Positions 12,264 to 24,500 of a stretch of DNA of 64,000 bases are shown one piece after another (the first letter of the stretch is position 1; each line of letters opens with the position of its first letter). A model generated the notes under the pieces. The model made no database searches, was not told the origin of the DNA, and worked only from the letters and a program-made list of their open reading frames with translations. Source of the DNA: Selaginella moellendorffii (Eukaryota; Plantae; Lycopodiophyta); NCBI RefSeq assembly GCF_000143415.4, contig NW_003314352.1, positions 240,278 to 304,277 on the forward strand. The letters run 5' to 3'. The position numbers and the translations under genes are program-made.

Positions 12264-14396
12264 ATGTTGTATGCATGTTCAGTTACTGATAGAGGCATGC
12301 ATGTAGCTAGCAAGATGGTGAAGAGGAACCATGCTAATGACGCTAAAACCTCTAGACAGGCAAATCGAGAGGAGGAAACTCCTGCTAAAGATGCTACAGA
12401 AGACGCTGAGGCTGAGTCGGAAGAGGAAGAGCCAGATGCTGCGGCACTGCAGCATACAGCTCAGGAAGTCAAGATCGAGAATTTGAGAAGGGAGATTCGC
12501 AAATTGAAGAAGGAGAACAAGAAGATAAAGAAAGAAGCTGAGGCAGCTAAACCAGTTAAGCCTAAGAAACCAGACTCCTCTTCGAGTTCTGAGGATGATG
12601 AAGTTCTACAGCCGCCCCCAGTTGCATGAGTTTCAAAGTTCAAGCCTCCGAAACCACCCAACTTTAGAGGCATGCGGGACTATCAAGTTTTAGAGGATTG
12701 GGTCTATGATATGGAAAATTATTTCATAGCGGCAGACGTAGATGATCATACGAAAGTTGCATGTGCGCAATCCTTTCTCACCGATCATGCCAAAACTTGG
12801 TGGTGCCAGGTGTGTGCTGAAAAAGGGCAGACTAAAAGTTGGACCAAGATGCGGTCTCGTATCCGTAAGGAATACTTGCCGGATGATCTTGGTCTGAGAC
12901 TTCGCATGGAGTTGCGGCGGTTAAAGCAGCAAGGGGATCTCATGCATTACATTAATGCGTTTGCTTAGAAGCGCATTATGATTGCAAATATGAGTGACAA
13001 AGATGCTCGAAGTTATTTCCTGGAGGGTTTAAATTCACTTTCTCGTAATGAGATTTTGAAGTTTAAGCCAAAGATGTACCTGGGATGTAAGGAGGCAATG
13101 CAGCAAGTTGCCTTTAGTCACTCGCTCATGGAACAATATCAGCAATCGTATGCTAGTAACTTGGATAAGAATAAAAATTCTGGGAATAAACAAGGTGATC
13201 GGAAACAGAGGGTGGAAGGTAGGTTCCGCTCTAGAGGCTCACAAGCAACAGTTAACAAAGGTGGTGGTGGTTGGAGACCACCAGCAGCTTCTTCTGGTCC
13301 TAGGCCCTCTGTTCCTCCTCTTGGTGGGTACAAGTAGCAGCAACCTGCAAAACCTACTCCTAGCGGAACGGGTAGTGTGGGTCATTACTTCCATTGTGGA
13401 GAGTCAGGACATAGGTCCTCGGAATGTCCCAACAAGCATAAGACAAGGTCTCGGGTTAATATCATGAGGGAAGACAGTGGTGGTGAAGCTGAAGGGGTTG
13501 ACAAGTTGGTCAATGCAGACTATGAGGAAGAAGAGGTGAGTAACTTTTGTTACTTTCCTCAAGCTTTTCTTGCAATCAATGCAAACACTGATCCGTTGAT
13601 GTATCTGGTAGGCTTTGTTCGTGGACACTGAATCTGAGTGATGATTGACACGAGAGCTACGCATAGCATGATATCCAAAGACTTAGTTAAGTTGTTAGGA
13701 TTGAACGCTAAGCAAATGTCGCCTATGCACTTCCGGTTTGCAGAAGGTGGGCATGTAGCCAAAAAGTTTGTGAGTGATGTTTCAATAAAGATATCCAAGT
13801 GGAAAGAAAGAGTGGACTTGGTAGTGTTGAAGATACCAGATTTTCAGATGGTGTTTAATATGGATTTCTTCAACAAGTATATAAAAGGGATTTATGGTGC
13901 TGGACAAAGTTGTATCACATTGAAGTCAGAAGGACGTCCTGATGTATCCTTTCAGTTGCAAAAGTGTTCCTCAAAGGATTGGGATGCAAAGTTCCTGACT
14001 GCGAGGGCTACTCAAAAAGCAGCTAAAAGGGGATGTCAGACCTTTTGGGTTCAAGTGATGGAAGCTGAGGGTGTTGGTGACTTAGTTCGAATTGGCGATA
14101 GGTGATCTTGTACCAAAGAGGATATTGGAGTTCTTGGTGAGGAATCAGGATATCTTTCCAAAGGATTTGCCACCAGGGCTACCTCCTAGCCATGAGGTTG
14201 ATCATCGGATTGAGATTATTCCGGGTTCTAAACCACTTACGAAAGCTCTATATTGGTTGAACATCAAGGAGATGGCTGAACTCAAGAAGCAACTCACGGA
14301 GCTTCTTGACAAAGGTCATATTTGACTAAGCAAGTCACCTTATGGAGCGCCGGTCCTTTTTGTTATGAAAAAGGATGGAACCATGAGGATGTATAT
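12264..14396 (+). pseudogene. A gag, zinc knuckle, protease and RT start
   Basis: [50 protein letters not shown]; multiple stops. Confidence 0.9.
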
Positions 14397-15069
14397 TGTA
14401 GCGCACCTGAATTTAGAGCCGAACTCCAAGCCTGTTGCGCTACGAAACGAGGGTCCGGTACAATCCCACGAGCACCAGCCCCCCCCCCCCCCTTAAGGGA
14501 CACACGCTTTGGGATTTCACCCTAAGCCTCCCTTAGTACCAGGAGTTAGTCTCTGGGACAAGTTCGAAACTTACTAAATATGGAATGGCTTTAGATTGCA
14601 AATTTGGACACGGGACAAACACCATTGTGTACAGGCCGATCTCTACATTCTTTAGATATGCCAAATGAGCGAATCTAGACACTTTCCATAAATAGCATAT
14701 GGGACCGAAATGAGACCAACACTAAGGGCATGATAGCGAGGGTGTTTGGCAGACACGGTAAGCTATCATCAATCGAATATTGAGGGACTAGTCTCAATAT
14801 CACGGGGGTTCCCAACACTAGCAAGTGCAAGTCAACGAATGAGTTTCTCTAACCAGGTCAAGTATGCTTGACAAATAGCATGTAGGAATTCCGTCCTTAT
14901 GCTCATCTGGTCAAGTGCACATGCGATGACCAGTTTCTCAACTAGCTTGAGTGGAGACCATAAAAGGGACCAGCAGTACCGACCTCCTGCCGTCGTGGCA
15001 GTAAGGAAAGAGTGCCCGTAAGGACTGGCCAACAAGTATCTTTCGATACCCGAAGTCACATTCGCGACA
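14397..15069 (-). repeat. 3' LTR of B
   Basis: Near-identical to 26684-27351. Confidence 0.92.
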
Positions 15070-15677
15070 CTCTCCCCCCCTTGGGGAATATCGACGTCCT
15101 CGTCGATGCATACCCGAGTCTAGCAAACCGTCAAGGAAACAACTTCGAAAGTTAACAGAAAGCACACTATGTGGGAAATACATCGACTTAAATGAGTTAT
15201 GGAATGACCTCTCCTCTACGTCCAAAGACATTAAGACCCAGACACCCTCCGGCTGTCGCCGACAAGGAAATGACCAACGGAGTTAGCCACCCTTGCTGCT
15301 CTGAGTACCACTCAGCTTACAAAGGAATGATACATCCCTGCCCGCAAGGATATAGGGAGAAGGCCAGAGGCCCAACTGCCCCTGAGCAAGAAATCAACCC
15401 CGTCGGGAAGATTTAGATAACTATTATAAACTGGCAGATTAAGTTGTTTACACGACCACGCCCCTTTTCGAAAAGGAGTCATCGAGAGAGAGGCGGGGAC
15501 TTGTGATCAATCTATAATAGTTATCCCCATGGTTATGGATTGGACCCATGCACCGAAGTGCCGAAGTCAGCCTGCCAAAACTGACCCAAGTACAAATGAT
15601 CGAGAGAAACGACACTTTGAGTGATAGAAATATTTTACTTTATTAATTTGCAAGATTTATTACAAGATTTACAAAAG

Positions 15678-18401
15678 CTAGGCTTTATTACTAGTCTCAT
15701 ACTTCGTGACAAGCTCACGAGCATGGGTAAGATTACTAAGAGGTTCCCAAGTTGATTCACAAGTCGGGTAACCTTTCCACTTAACTAGATATTCCTTTGC
15801 ACGACCACCACGTTTCCGGCGACAAGCCAGAATGCTTTCAACTTTGTATTTAGGTTCACCGTCCACAACATTTGGTGGCGGACGAATCTCCCCTTGACGT
15901 GCATCATCCATAGTGTAAGGAGCCAATAAATTGGCATGAAATACATTATGAACATTGGACATCTCCGTAGGCAGATCCAACCAATAGGATACATCACCAA
16001 GACGTTTTAACACCCAATACGGTCCAACATATCTCGGCAAGAGCTTCCGAGACAAAGAACCCTTAATATTCAAGTTTCGGGAAGATAGCCACACCTAATC
16101 TCCCACTTGATAGGATACATCCCGACGATGCTGATCCTTATCACGTCGATACCTATCCTGAGCTTTGCCCATCGCCTCAGTAGCTCTAGACCAACCTTGG
16201 CGTAGCTGCTCCGCATAAGTGTCAACGGCTGGGACCAACACTTCGGTCATTGGTTTTGGGACAACGATCTATTGAGGTACCCCACGAGCATTTCCTTGCA
16301 GCATCTCCCATGGAGAACAGCCTATAGCGCTGTGAAATGTGTTGTTATAACATATTTCTGCTGTATCCAAATGCTCAACCCAGTCGCATTGGTCCGCCGC
16401 GACATAGTACCGCATATAATCCTCAACTTGAGCATTCACGCGTTCGGTCTGCCCATCAGTCTGAGGATGATAAGCCGTACTAAACTTCAACTTGGTACCG
16501 AACAACTGGAATAGTGTGCCCCAAAGCTTCCCCATAAACCTCGAATCCCTATCCTAGATCATCTCTTTAGGAAGACCACGAACCCGCACTACTTCATGGA
16601 AAAAGAGCTTTGCTGCTTGTTTCGCATTCACTGTTCCCACAGTTGGAATGAAGTGTGCAATCTTCAACAACCGATCCACAACCACCATCAAAGTATCATA
16701 ACCCTTAGATTTCGGCAAGCAAGTGACGAAATCAAGTGTCACACTCTGAAATGGCCATACCGGTGTTGGAATGCACTGCAACTTTCCAGCCTGCTTCTCA
16801 GTTCTACGCTTACATTGCTGGCATATAGGGCAGGAACGGACATAATCCGCTACATCACCTTCCATACCAGCCCAGAAAAATCCCTTTTTCAACGAAGCAA
16901 GAGTCTTTTGCTGTCCACCATGTCCCGCTGCTGGAACATCATGATGTTCCCGCAGAAATAACTGCTGCAGATCCTTAGAGGGAAGATACAATCTTTCTTG
17001 CTTATAGAATATAAGCCCATCGTGAACTGAGAAGTGAAGCTTCACATTAGTGTGACTAGCAACTTTTGCTGCTTCGCTACCAAGGCTCTGCTTCAACAAC
17101 CCCGCACGGCATAAGATTGCCTTTGCCAATGGATCATTTCCATATGAAGTCTGAACGTCCTCCAACCAGTCCAACCAGTTTTTAACTGTGATCTTATTGA
17201 GTGTCCGATAGTCAATACACATCCTCAAGGTTCCATCTTTTTTCATAACGAAGAGGACCAGCGCTCCATAAGGTGACTTTCTTGGTCGGATATGACCTTT
17301 GTCAAGAAGCTCCGTGAGTTGCTTCTTGAGTTCAGCCATCTCCTTGATGTTCAACTGATATGGAGCTTTTGTAGGTGGTTTAGAACCCGGAATAACTTCA
17401 ATCCGATGATCAACCTCACGGCTAGGAGGTAGCCCTGGTGGCAAATCCTTCGGAAAGATATCCTGATTCTTCACCAACAACTCCAATATCTTCATTGGTA
17501 CAGGATCAATCCCGTCGCCAATTCGAACTGAGTCACCAACACCCTCAGCTTCCATCACTTGAACCCAAAAGGTCCGACATCCTGTCTTAGCTACTTTTTG
17601 AGCGGCCCTCGCAGTCAGGAACTTTACATCCCAATCCTTTGAGGAACGCTTTTGCAACTGAAAGGATACATCAGGACGTCCTTCTGACTTCAACGTGATA
17701 TGACTTTGTCCAGCACCATAAATCCCTTTTATATACTTGTTGAAAAAGTCCATACCAAACACCATCTGAAAATCTGGTATCTTCAACACTACCAAGTCCA
17801 CTCTTTCTTTCCACTTGGATATCTTTATTGGAACATCACTCACAAACTTTCTGGCTACTTGCCCACCTTCTGCAAACCGGAAGTGCATAGGCGACATTTG
17901 CTCAGCATTCAATCCTAACAACTTAACTAAGTCTTCGGATATCATGTTGTGCGTAGCTCCCGTGTCAATCATCACTCGGATTCGGTGTCCACGGACAAAG
18001 CCTACCAGATATATCAACGGATCAGTGTTTGCATTGACTGCAAGAAAAGCTTGAGGAAAGCAACGAAAGTTACTCACCTCTTCTTCCTCATATTCTGCAT
18101 TGACCAACTCGTCAACCCCTTCAACTTCACCACCACTGTCTTCCCTCATGACATTAACCCGAGACCTTGTCTTATGCTTGTTGGGACATTCCGAGGACCT
18201 ATGTCCCGACTCTCCACAATAGAAGCAATGACCCACACTACCCGTTCTGCTAGGAGCAGGTTTTGCAGGTTGCTGCTGCTTGTACCCACCAGGAGGAGGA
18301 GCAGAGGGCCTAGGACCAGAAGAAGGTTCTGGTGGTCTCCAACCACCACCACCTTTATTCACCGTAGTTTGTGAGCCCCCAGGGCGATACCTACTTTCCA
18401 C
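15678..18401 (-). pseudogene. B zinc knuckle, protease, truncated RT, integrase and chromodomain
   Basis: [67 protein letters not shown]. Confidence 0.92.
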
Positions 18402-18578
18402 TGCCCAGGTTTTCACACCCGAAACAAGTCCCACGGGTTGAACTCTCCGTTGATCCCACGTATTTGCGAATTCAGCNNNNNNNNNNNNNNNNNNNNNNNN
18501 NNNNNNNNNNNNNNNNNNNNNNNNNNNNNNNNNNNNNNNNNNNNNNNNNNNNNNNNNNNNNNNNNNNNNNNNNNNNAA

Positions 18579-21500
18579 GTGAGATACTTTGTGGGAGGTC
18601 TTCCCCTCCCTTTGAAGATTCACGTGAAGTGCCAAAGCCCAGCGGACTTGAATACCGCAATAGCTTTTGCTGGGAATTGGGAACAAGCCCATCTTGGAGT
18701 GAATCGTCAAATGATGAGCTCGGGGAGTTCATCGGCCAATCCTATGGCCAACATGGCTACGACGAATCCAGCCATGTATTCAACAAGTGGACTCCACGGA
18801 GGAGTTGCACCTGCGGGAATGGGAACTATGGACTATACAAAGATGGCATACTCAACGGTACCTGGTCAAGTTCCTTCTCCCATGATGCAGCAGCAAATGC
18901 CTTATGGCATTTATCAACAATCACCGGTTCCGGATGTGAAAGCTGAAGTACAAGCCGAAGTGAAGAAAGCACAAGAAAGTTTGGTGGAAACCCTTACTCA
19001 GAAGATGTCGGACCTCCAGCTCAATTGGATTAAGGGAGTCCAAAGCCCCGGACGACAGCAGAAGACCAGGGACAACATTTGGTGTGTTCGTTGCCGAAGT
19101 TACGGGCATTATCCCAACGAATGCCCGCAAGATGCTATACCTCGTTGCAAGCATTGCAAGCGAGCGAATCATAGATCAGAAGATTGCCACTATAAGCCGG
19201 GGAATCAGGTTCAAGCAGCTTACATCCATGCTACACCAGGAGGAATGCCTCAGCAGCAACAACTCCACATGCTTCCTCAACCGTACTCTCCACCGGTTAC
19301 TTATGCTCCAGTTTATACGGGTGAGATGGTCCCAGTTTATGCTGCGGGGGTTACAGGAGGAGGAAGGGGTCGAGCACCACCAAGGAGAGGTCCTGTGACA
19401 TGCTACAACTGTGGAGAAGTGGGCCATATTTCTCCAAATTGCCCGCATCCGCGAAAGCAAATTGGTTATCAACCAATTTGTGGCATTTGCCAAACTCAGG
19501 GGCTTCACGAGCAAGCAAACTGCCCTCACAAGCTTCAGAAAACCAGGGCCAAGAACGTGGTTGACTCTCAGGCTGTTTTCGTTCAGCCGATCAGCTGGAA
19601 TGAGCACTACACAGCAAATGCCCAAGCTTATGCAATTGATCCCACTGGGCAAATGCTGCAGCCAAGCGTGTTCAACGCACAACAAACAGCTGAGGGAAGA
19701 TATGCAGCAGATGTCNNNNNNNNNNNNNNNNNNNNNNNNNNNNNNNNNNNNNNNNNNNNNNNNNNNNNNNNNNNNNNNNNNNNNNNNNNNNNNNNNNNNN
19801 NNNNNNNNNNNNNNNNNNNNNNNNNNNNNNNNNNNNNNNNNNNNNNNNNNNNNNNNNNNNNNNNNNNNNNNNNNNNNNNNNNNNNNNNNNNNNNNNNNNN
19901 NNNNNNNNNNNNNNNNNNNNNNNNNNNNNNNNNNNNNNNNNNNNNNNNNNNNNNNNNNNNNNNNNNNNNNNNNNNNNNNNNNNNNNNNNNNNNNNNNNNN
20001 NNNNNNNNNNNNNNNNNNNNNNNNNNNNNNNNNNNNNNNNNNNNNNNNNNNNNNNNNNNNNNNNNNNNNNNNNNNNNNNNNNNNNNNNNNNNNNNNNNNN
20101 NNNNNNNNNNNNNNNNNNNNNNNNAATCAACGCCGCCAGCACACGCGAAGAATTCAGAATTACTCAGGAACCCTAATTTTGGAATTAGGGATGTGTTGGC
20201 CGAGCAGCGAAGGGGCGCGGAGGTAAAGGCGGCAGCGGATGCGGGTTCATCCGCCAAGCCCCTGGAAGGAAGCGCCACGGCACTTGGTGGAACGGCGCTA
20301 AAGAGTGCCATCGGCTCACAAACAGGGCATCTGCAGCAAGCGACTGGTGAGCGAAGGATGGAGTGTGGCAAGGCAAGTGCTGAGGAAGGCGTGAGAGATC
20401 CCGAGGCCGGGCTATCAAGGAAGAAGGGGCGCAGATACAAGCGTGTGCCGAACTTGCAGCCCCCACCGTACGACGTTCTCGCTGATTTAAAGAATCAGAA
20501 GCCGAGTATCAGTTTTGCTCAGCTTCTAGCTTTGGCACCGGGTTTGAGGAAGGCTATTTCCACAGCCATGCAGGCACACAAAGAGGCGGTGGTGAACTCT
20601 GCCTGGCCTGTCATAGCGGATATGAGTTCTCCCTGCGTGGATGTGGAGATTCAGGGGGAACTCATACGTGGTTGCACGCTCGATGGAGGAAGCGGTGTAA
20701 ACATCATGCCGCTGGAAACGTGGAGAAGGTTTGAGCTTCCCACGCCTGTGCCAGTTCATTTTGCTGTCCGGATGGCCGATCAACGGAGAGTTCAGCCCGT
20801 GGGACTTGTTTCGGGTGTGAAAACCTGGATCGCAGGAGTAAACTTCTTCATTGATTTCGTGGTCCTCAAAATGAAGGAGGGAGCAGGTCTCAACTACCCG
20901 TTGTTGCTGGGCCGGCCCTGGCTGCTTCAAGCATCAGCTGAGCATAACTGGGGAACGGGGGTGCTGACCATCGGGGATGGGAACTTCCGAATTCCAATCC
21001 AAGTGCATGTCAGGCCGGGATATAAGCGGGAAAAACCAGTAGCTGTGGAACCAGAAGATGGAGACTCCGATACTACATCTGAATCCACTGAGGAGGATGT
21101 GTTTCAAGAGGAGGTGTCGGAAGAGGAGATGCCCGGTGTGGAGCTCCAGCAGCTCGTGGCTGAGGAGAACGTTTCTGAGAATGGAGCTGATGAAGAGCTG
21201 CAGCTGGTCATACCCGATCACCACTCAACGGTGAGCAGTCAAGATCTTCTTCAGCGGCTGGGAGCTTCTTCCCAGGTTCCTTTCCTTATGATCCAAGCGG
21301 AGATACTTCCTTTTCCTCCTAACGTTCGGGGAGATCCTGCGCTGGATGCTTCACTGTTTACCATGGGGTACGTGAAGGGCCTCGATTGTTTGACGTTGGT
21401 GGATCCTGGAGCGCTGCAGAGCTTCATCACCATTGACTTTGCTGTAGCAGCTCGGCTGCGGATCACCATCACTGAGCAGGACCAAGTGGCCGTATGTGCT

Positions 21501-24500
21501 GATGGGGACGTTTTTCCCATTTACGGCAAGGTGGAGGATGTTTTTCTCTTCCTCGGCAACCAACGCTTTATCGTGAACCTGTTGGTGATTAAGCGACCAG
21601 GAGACATTGCTGTTGTCCTTGGATCAGATTGGCTGAGGACTACTAATGCTGAGATGAACTACTTGCACGAGACTGTGGTCACAACAGATGAATTCGGACA
21701 GCGGGGCAGGCTGTACCTTTTTCGAAGAGGAGAGCTTGATCCCCCTTGCTACATGCTCCAAGTGATCACATTGCCTTCGGCTCAAGTGGTGGACGTTTGC
21801 TTGGTGGATGTGGGGACCCTCCGAGCTCAGGTTTTACATGAGGTGCAGACCTGCTTCATGACTGCTGCGGTGGCCGAGGAGTATGATGTGCAGGAGTTCG
21901 GCTTTCCAGGCCTGATGTTGGAGATACTTCCTGGAGTTTACCACCAGGTTCGTGGATTCATCCCTACAGTTGCTCTGATCGTGGGAGAGTTTCTGGTCAC
22001 CACCCGGTTCCTGGTGCTGCAACTGGACAAGCTGGAGGAAGCCGAGGAACATCTGTTTCTCGGTCAGGAGTTGCTCCAGAAAGTTGAGGACCTGGTGGAG
22101 GATGTGCCTCTCGTTGTGGAGTGCAACGCTGTGGAGGTTTCAAGACTCCAGTCGGTGGAGTACGACCCTGAACTCGACAACTTTCCAGCTCGTTTTTTCC
22201 ACAGTCGTGAAGCCGAGTTGAAGATCAGAGAGGTTCCAGCTGGGATAGAGGTGAACTCCTCTCCTTCTGAACCTGATTTCCTCACTTCCCCACTCTGTGT
22301 TCCCCTTCTCGTTGAGTTCAATGGAAATTCTGAGAGGAGGGAACTGCAGGTGGGAGCTCAGCTTTCACCAGATGCCAGAGAACTCTTCCATCAGCTCTTC
22401 CTCGAGTTCCGCGACATCCTTGCGTGGAGCTACGACGAGCTGAAAGGCGTGGATTCCGAAATCGCTCAACATCGAATTCGCCTGGTTGACGGTGCTATTC
22501 CTCGTCGCCAGCGAGCCTACCGCCTCAACCCGCGCTATGCAAAGGTAGTGAAGGAGGACATCGACAAACTTCAAGCTGCCGGCTTCATTGAGGAGGTGGA
22601 GGGGAGCGAGTGGGTCTCTCCCATTGTGGTGGTGCCAAAGAAGAACGGGAAGCTCCGAGTGTGTGTGGACTACCGCAAGCTCAACGAGGCGACAGTGAAG
22701 GATGCTTTTCCACTTCCTTTTACTGATAATGTGCTGGACACTGTAGCAGGCCATGACCTTTATTCTTTCCTCGACGGGTTCAGTGGATACAACCAGGTTA
22801 CCATCTTTCCGGGTGACCAGGAGAAAACCACTTTCATCACTGAGTGGGGTTGTTTTATTTACAGGGTGATGCCTTTTGGGCTGTGCAATGCCCCGGCGAC
22901 ATTTCAAAGAGTGATGACAGCAGCATTTCGGCAAATGCTCCACGACTTTCTCGAGATTTTTCTCGATGACTTTAGCGTGTTCAGTGATGTATCCACTCAT
23001 TTGAATAAGCTTAGACTTTGTTTTGAGCAATGTCGCAAGTATGGCATCTCCCTAAATCCACTTAAATGTACCTTCGGAGTTACTCATGGTATTTTGCTCG
23101 GCCGAGTAGTATCTTCTCGAGGTTTGAGCATTGACCCGGCTAAGATTCGAGTGATTCAAGAGTTGGAGGCACCCGTGAACATGAAGGACATTCAAGCCTT
23201 CCTTGGACATGTCGGATATCACCGGAGGTTCATCAACAAATTCTCCGAGAAGGCATTGCCTTTGACCAACTTGTTGAAGAAGGGAGTGGAATTCCGATGG
23301 AGTTCGAAGTGCCAACAAGCTTTTGAGGAGTTGAAGGAGTGTTTGGTGAAAGCTCCGATATTGGTTCCTCCTAACTGGGATAAACCATTCCATGTTCACG
23401 TGGATGCTTCGGCCTATGCTATTGGTGCGGTTTTATGCCAACCGGAAGGTGGAATGGATCACCCGGTTTTCTATACTTCTCGTCAACTCTCGTTGGCTGA
23501 GAGGAATTATTCTGCGACAGACCGTGAAGGACTGGGCATGGTCTTTGCGGTACAGAAGTTCCGCCATTATCTACTTGGCCAGAAGTTAATCTTCTACGTT
23601 GATCATCAAGCACTTAAGTATTTGATACTTAAGCCTTGCCGAACTGGGAGGATTTCGAGATGGTTACTTCTCCTTCAAGAGTTCGATTTCGAAGTGGTGT
23701 TACGACCAGGAAAGGCTCACGTGATGGCTGACCATCTCTCCAGAGTTCGAGCCCAACCCTCTATGGAAGATATTCCTGACGACCTGGGAGATGCTGCTCT
23801 CTTCGGAGTTGCGGCCTTTGCAGTGGAAGCCATACCAGACTGGTACTTTGGCATTGCTACTTACCTTTCTTCGGGAGATTTTCCAGACAACTTGAGAGGC
23901 CCGGAAAGGAAAAGGCTTGTTCTTCAAGCAAGAGCGTATACACTTATAGCTGGACAACTATATAAGGTGGGACGTGATAACATTTTACGACGGTGCATTC
24001 TTCCACATGAAGTGGAAACCATTGTGGCTTCATGCCACGATAGTCCATATGCTGGGCATTTTGGGGCAGCAGCTACAGCAAGGTTAGTGCTTCAAGCAGG
24101 CTATTGGTGGCCTACTATATACCGAGATACAGCAAGGTACGTGCGAAGTTGTGATCCATGCCAGAGAAGTGGAAGACCTACCCGGAGGGACTTGATGCCG
24201 TTGACACCCATTATTCCAGTTCTTCCATTTGAGAAGTGGGGAATCGATTTTATGGGGCCACTCCCCACAACTCGGCATACTTATTGCCGCTACATCTTGG
24301 TGTGCACCGATTACGTGACCAAGTGGGCTGAAGCAAAAGCCTTGAAGGAGGACACAGGAGCTCGAGTGGCTGAGTTCCTATACGAGAACATTATCACACG
24401 GTTCGGGTGCCCATTGGAGCTGGTTAGTGATCGGGGTACACATTTCCTCAATGAGGTGATCGAAGAGTTGGTGAGGAAGTATGCTATTTCCCACCGGAAA

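Noticed and set aside
16554-18710. 718-aa ORF as a real gene
   Set aside because: Chimera of B pol, an inverted C fragment, an N gap and antisense C.
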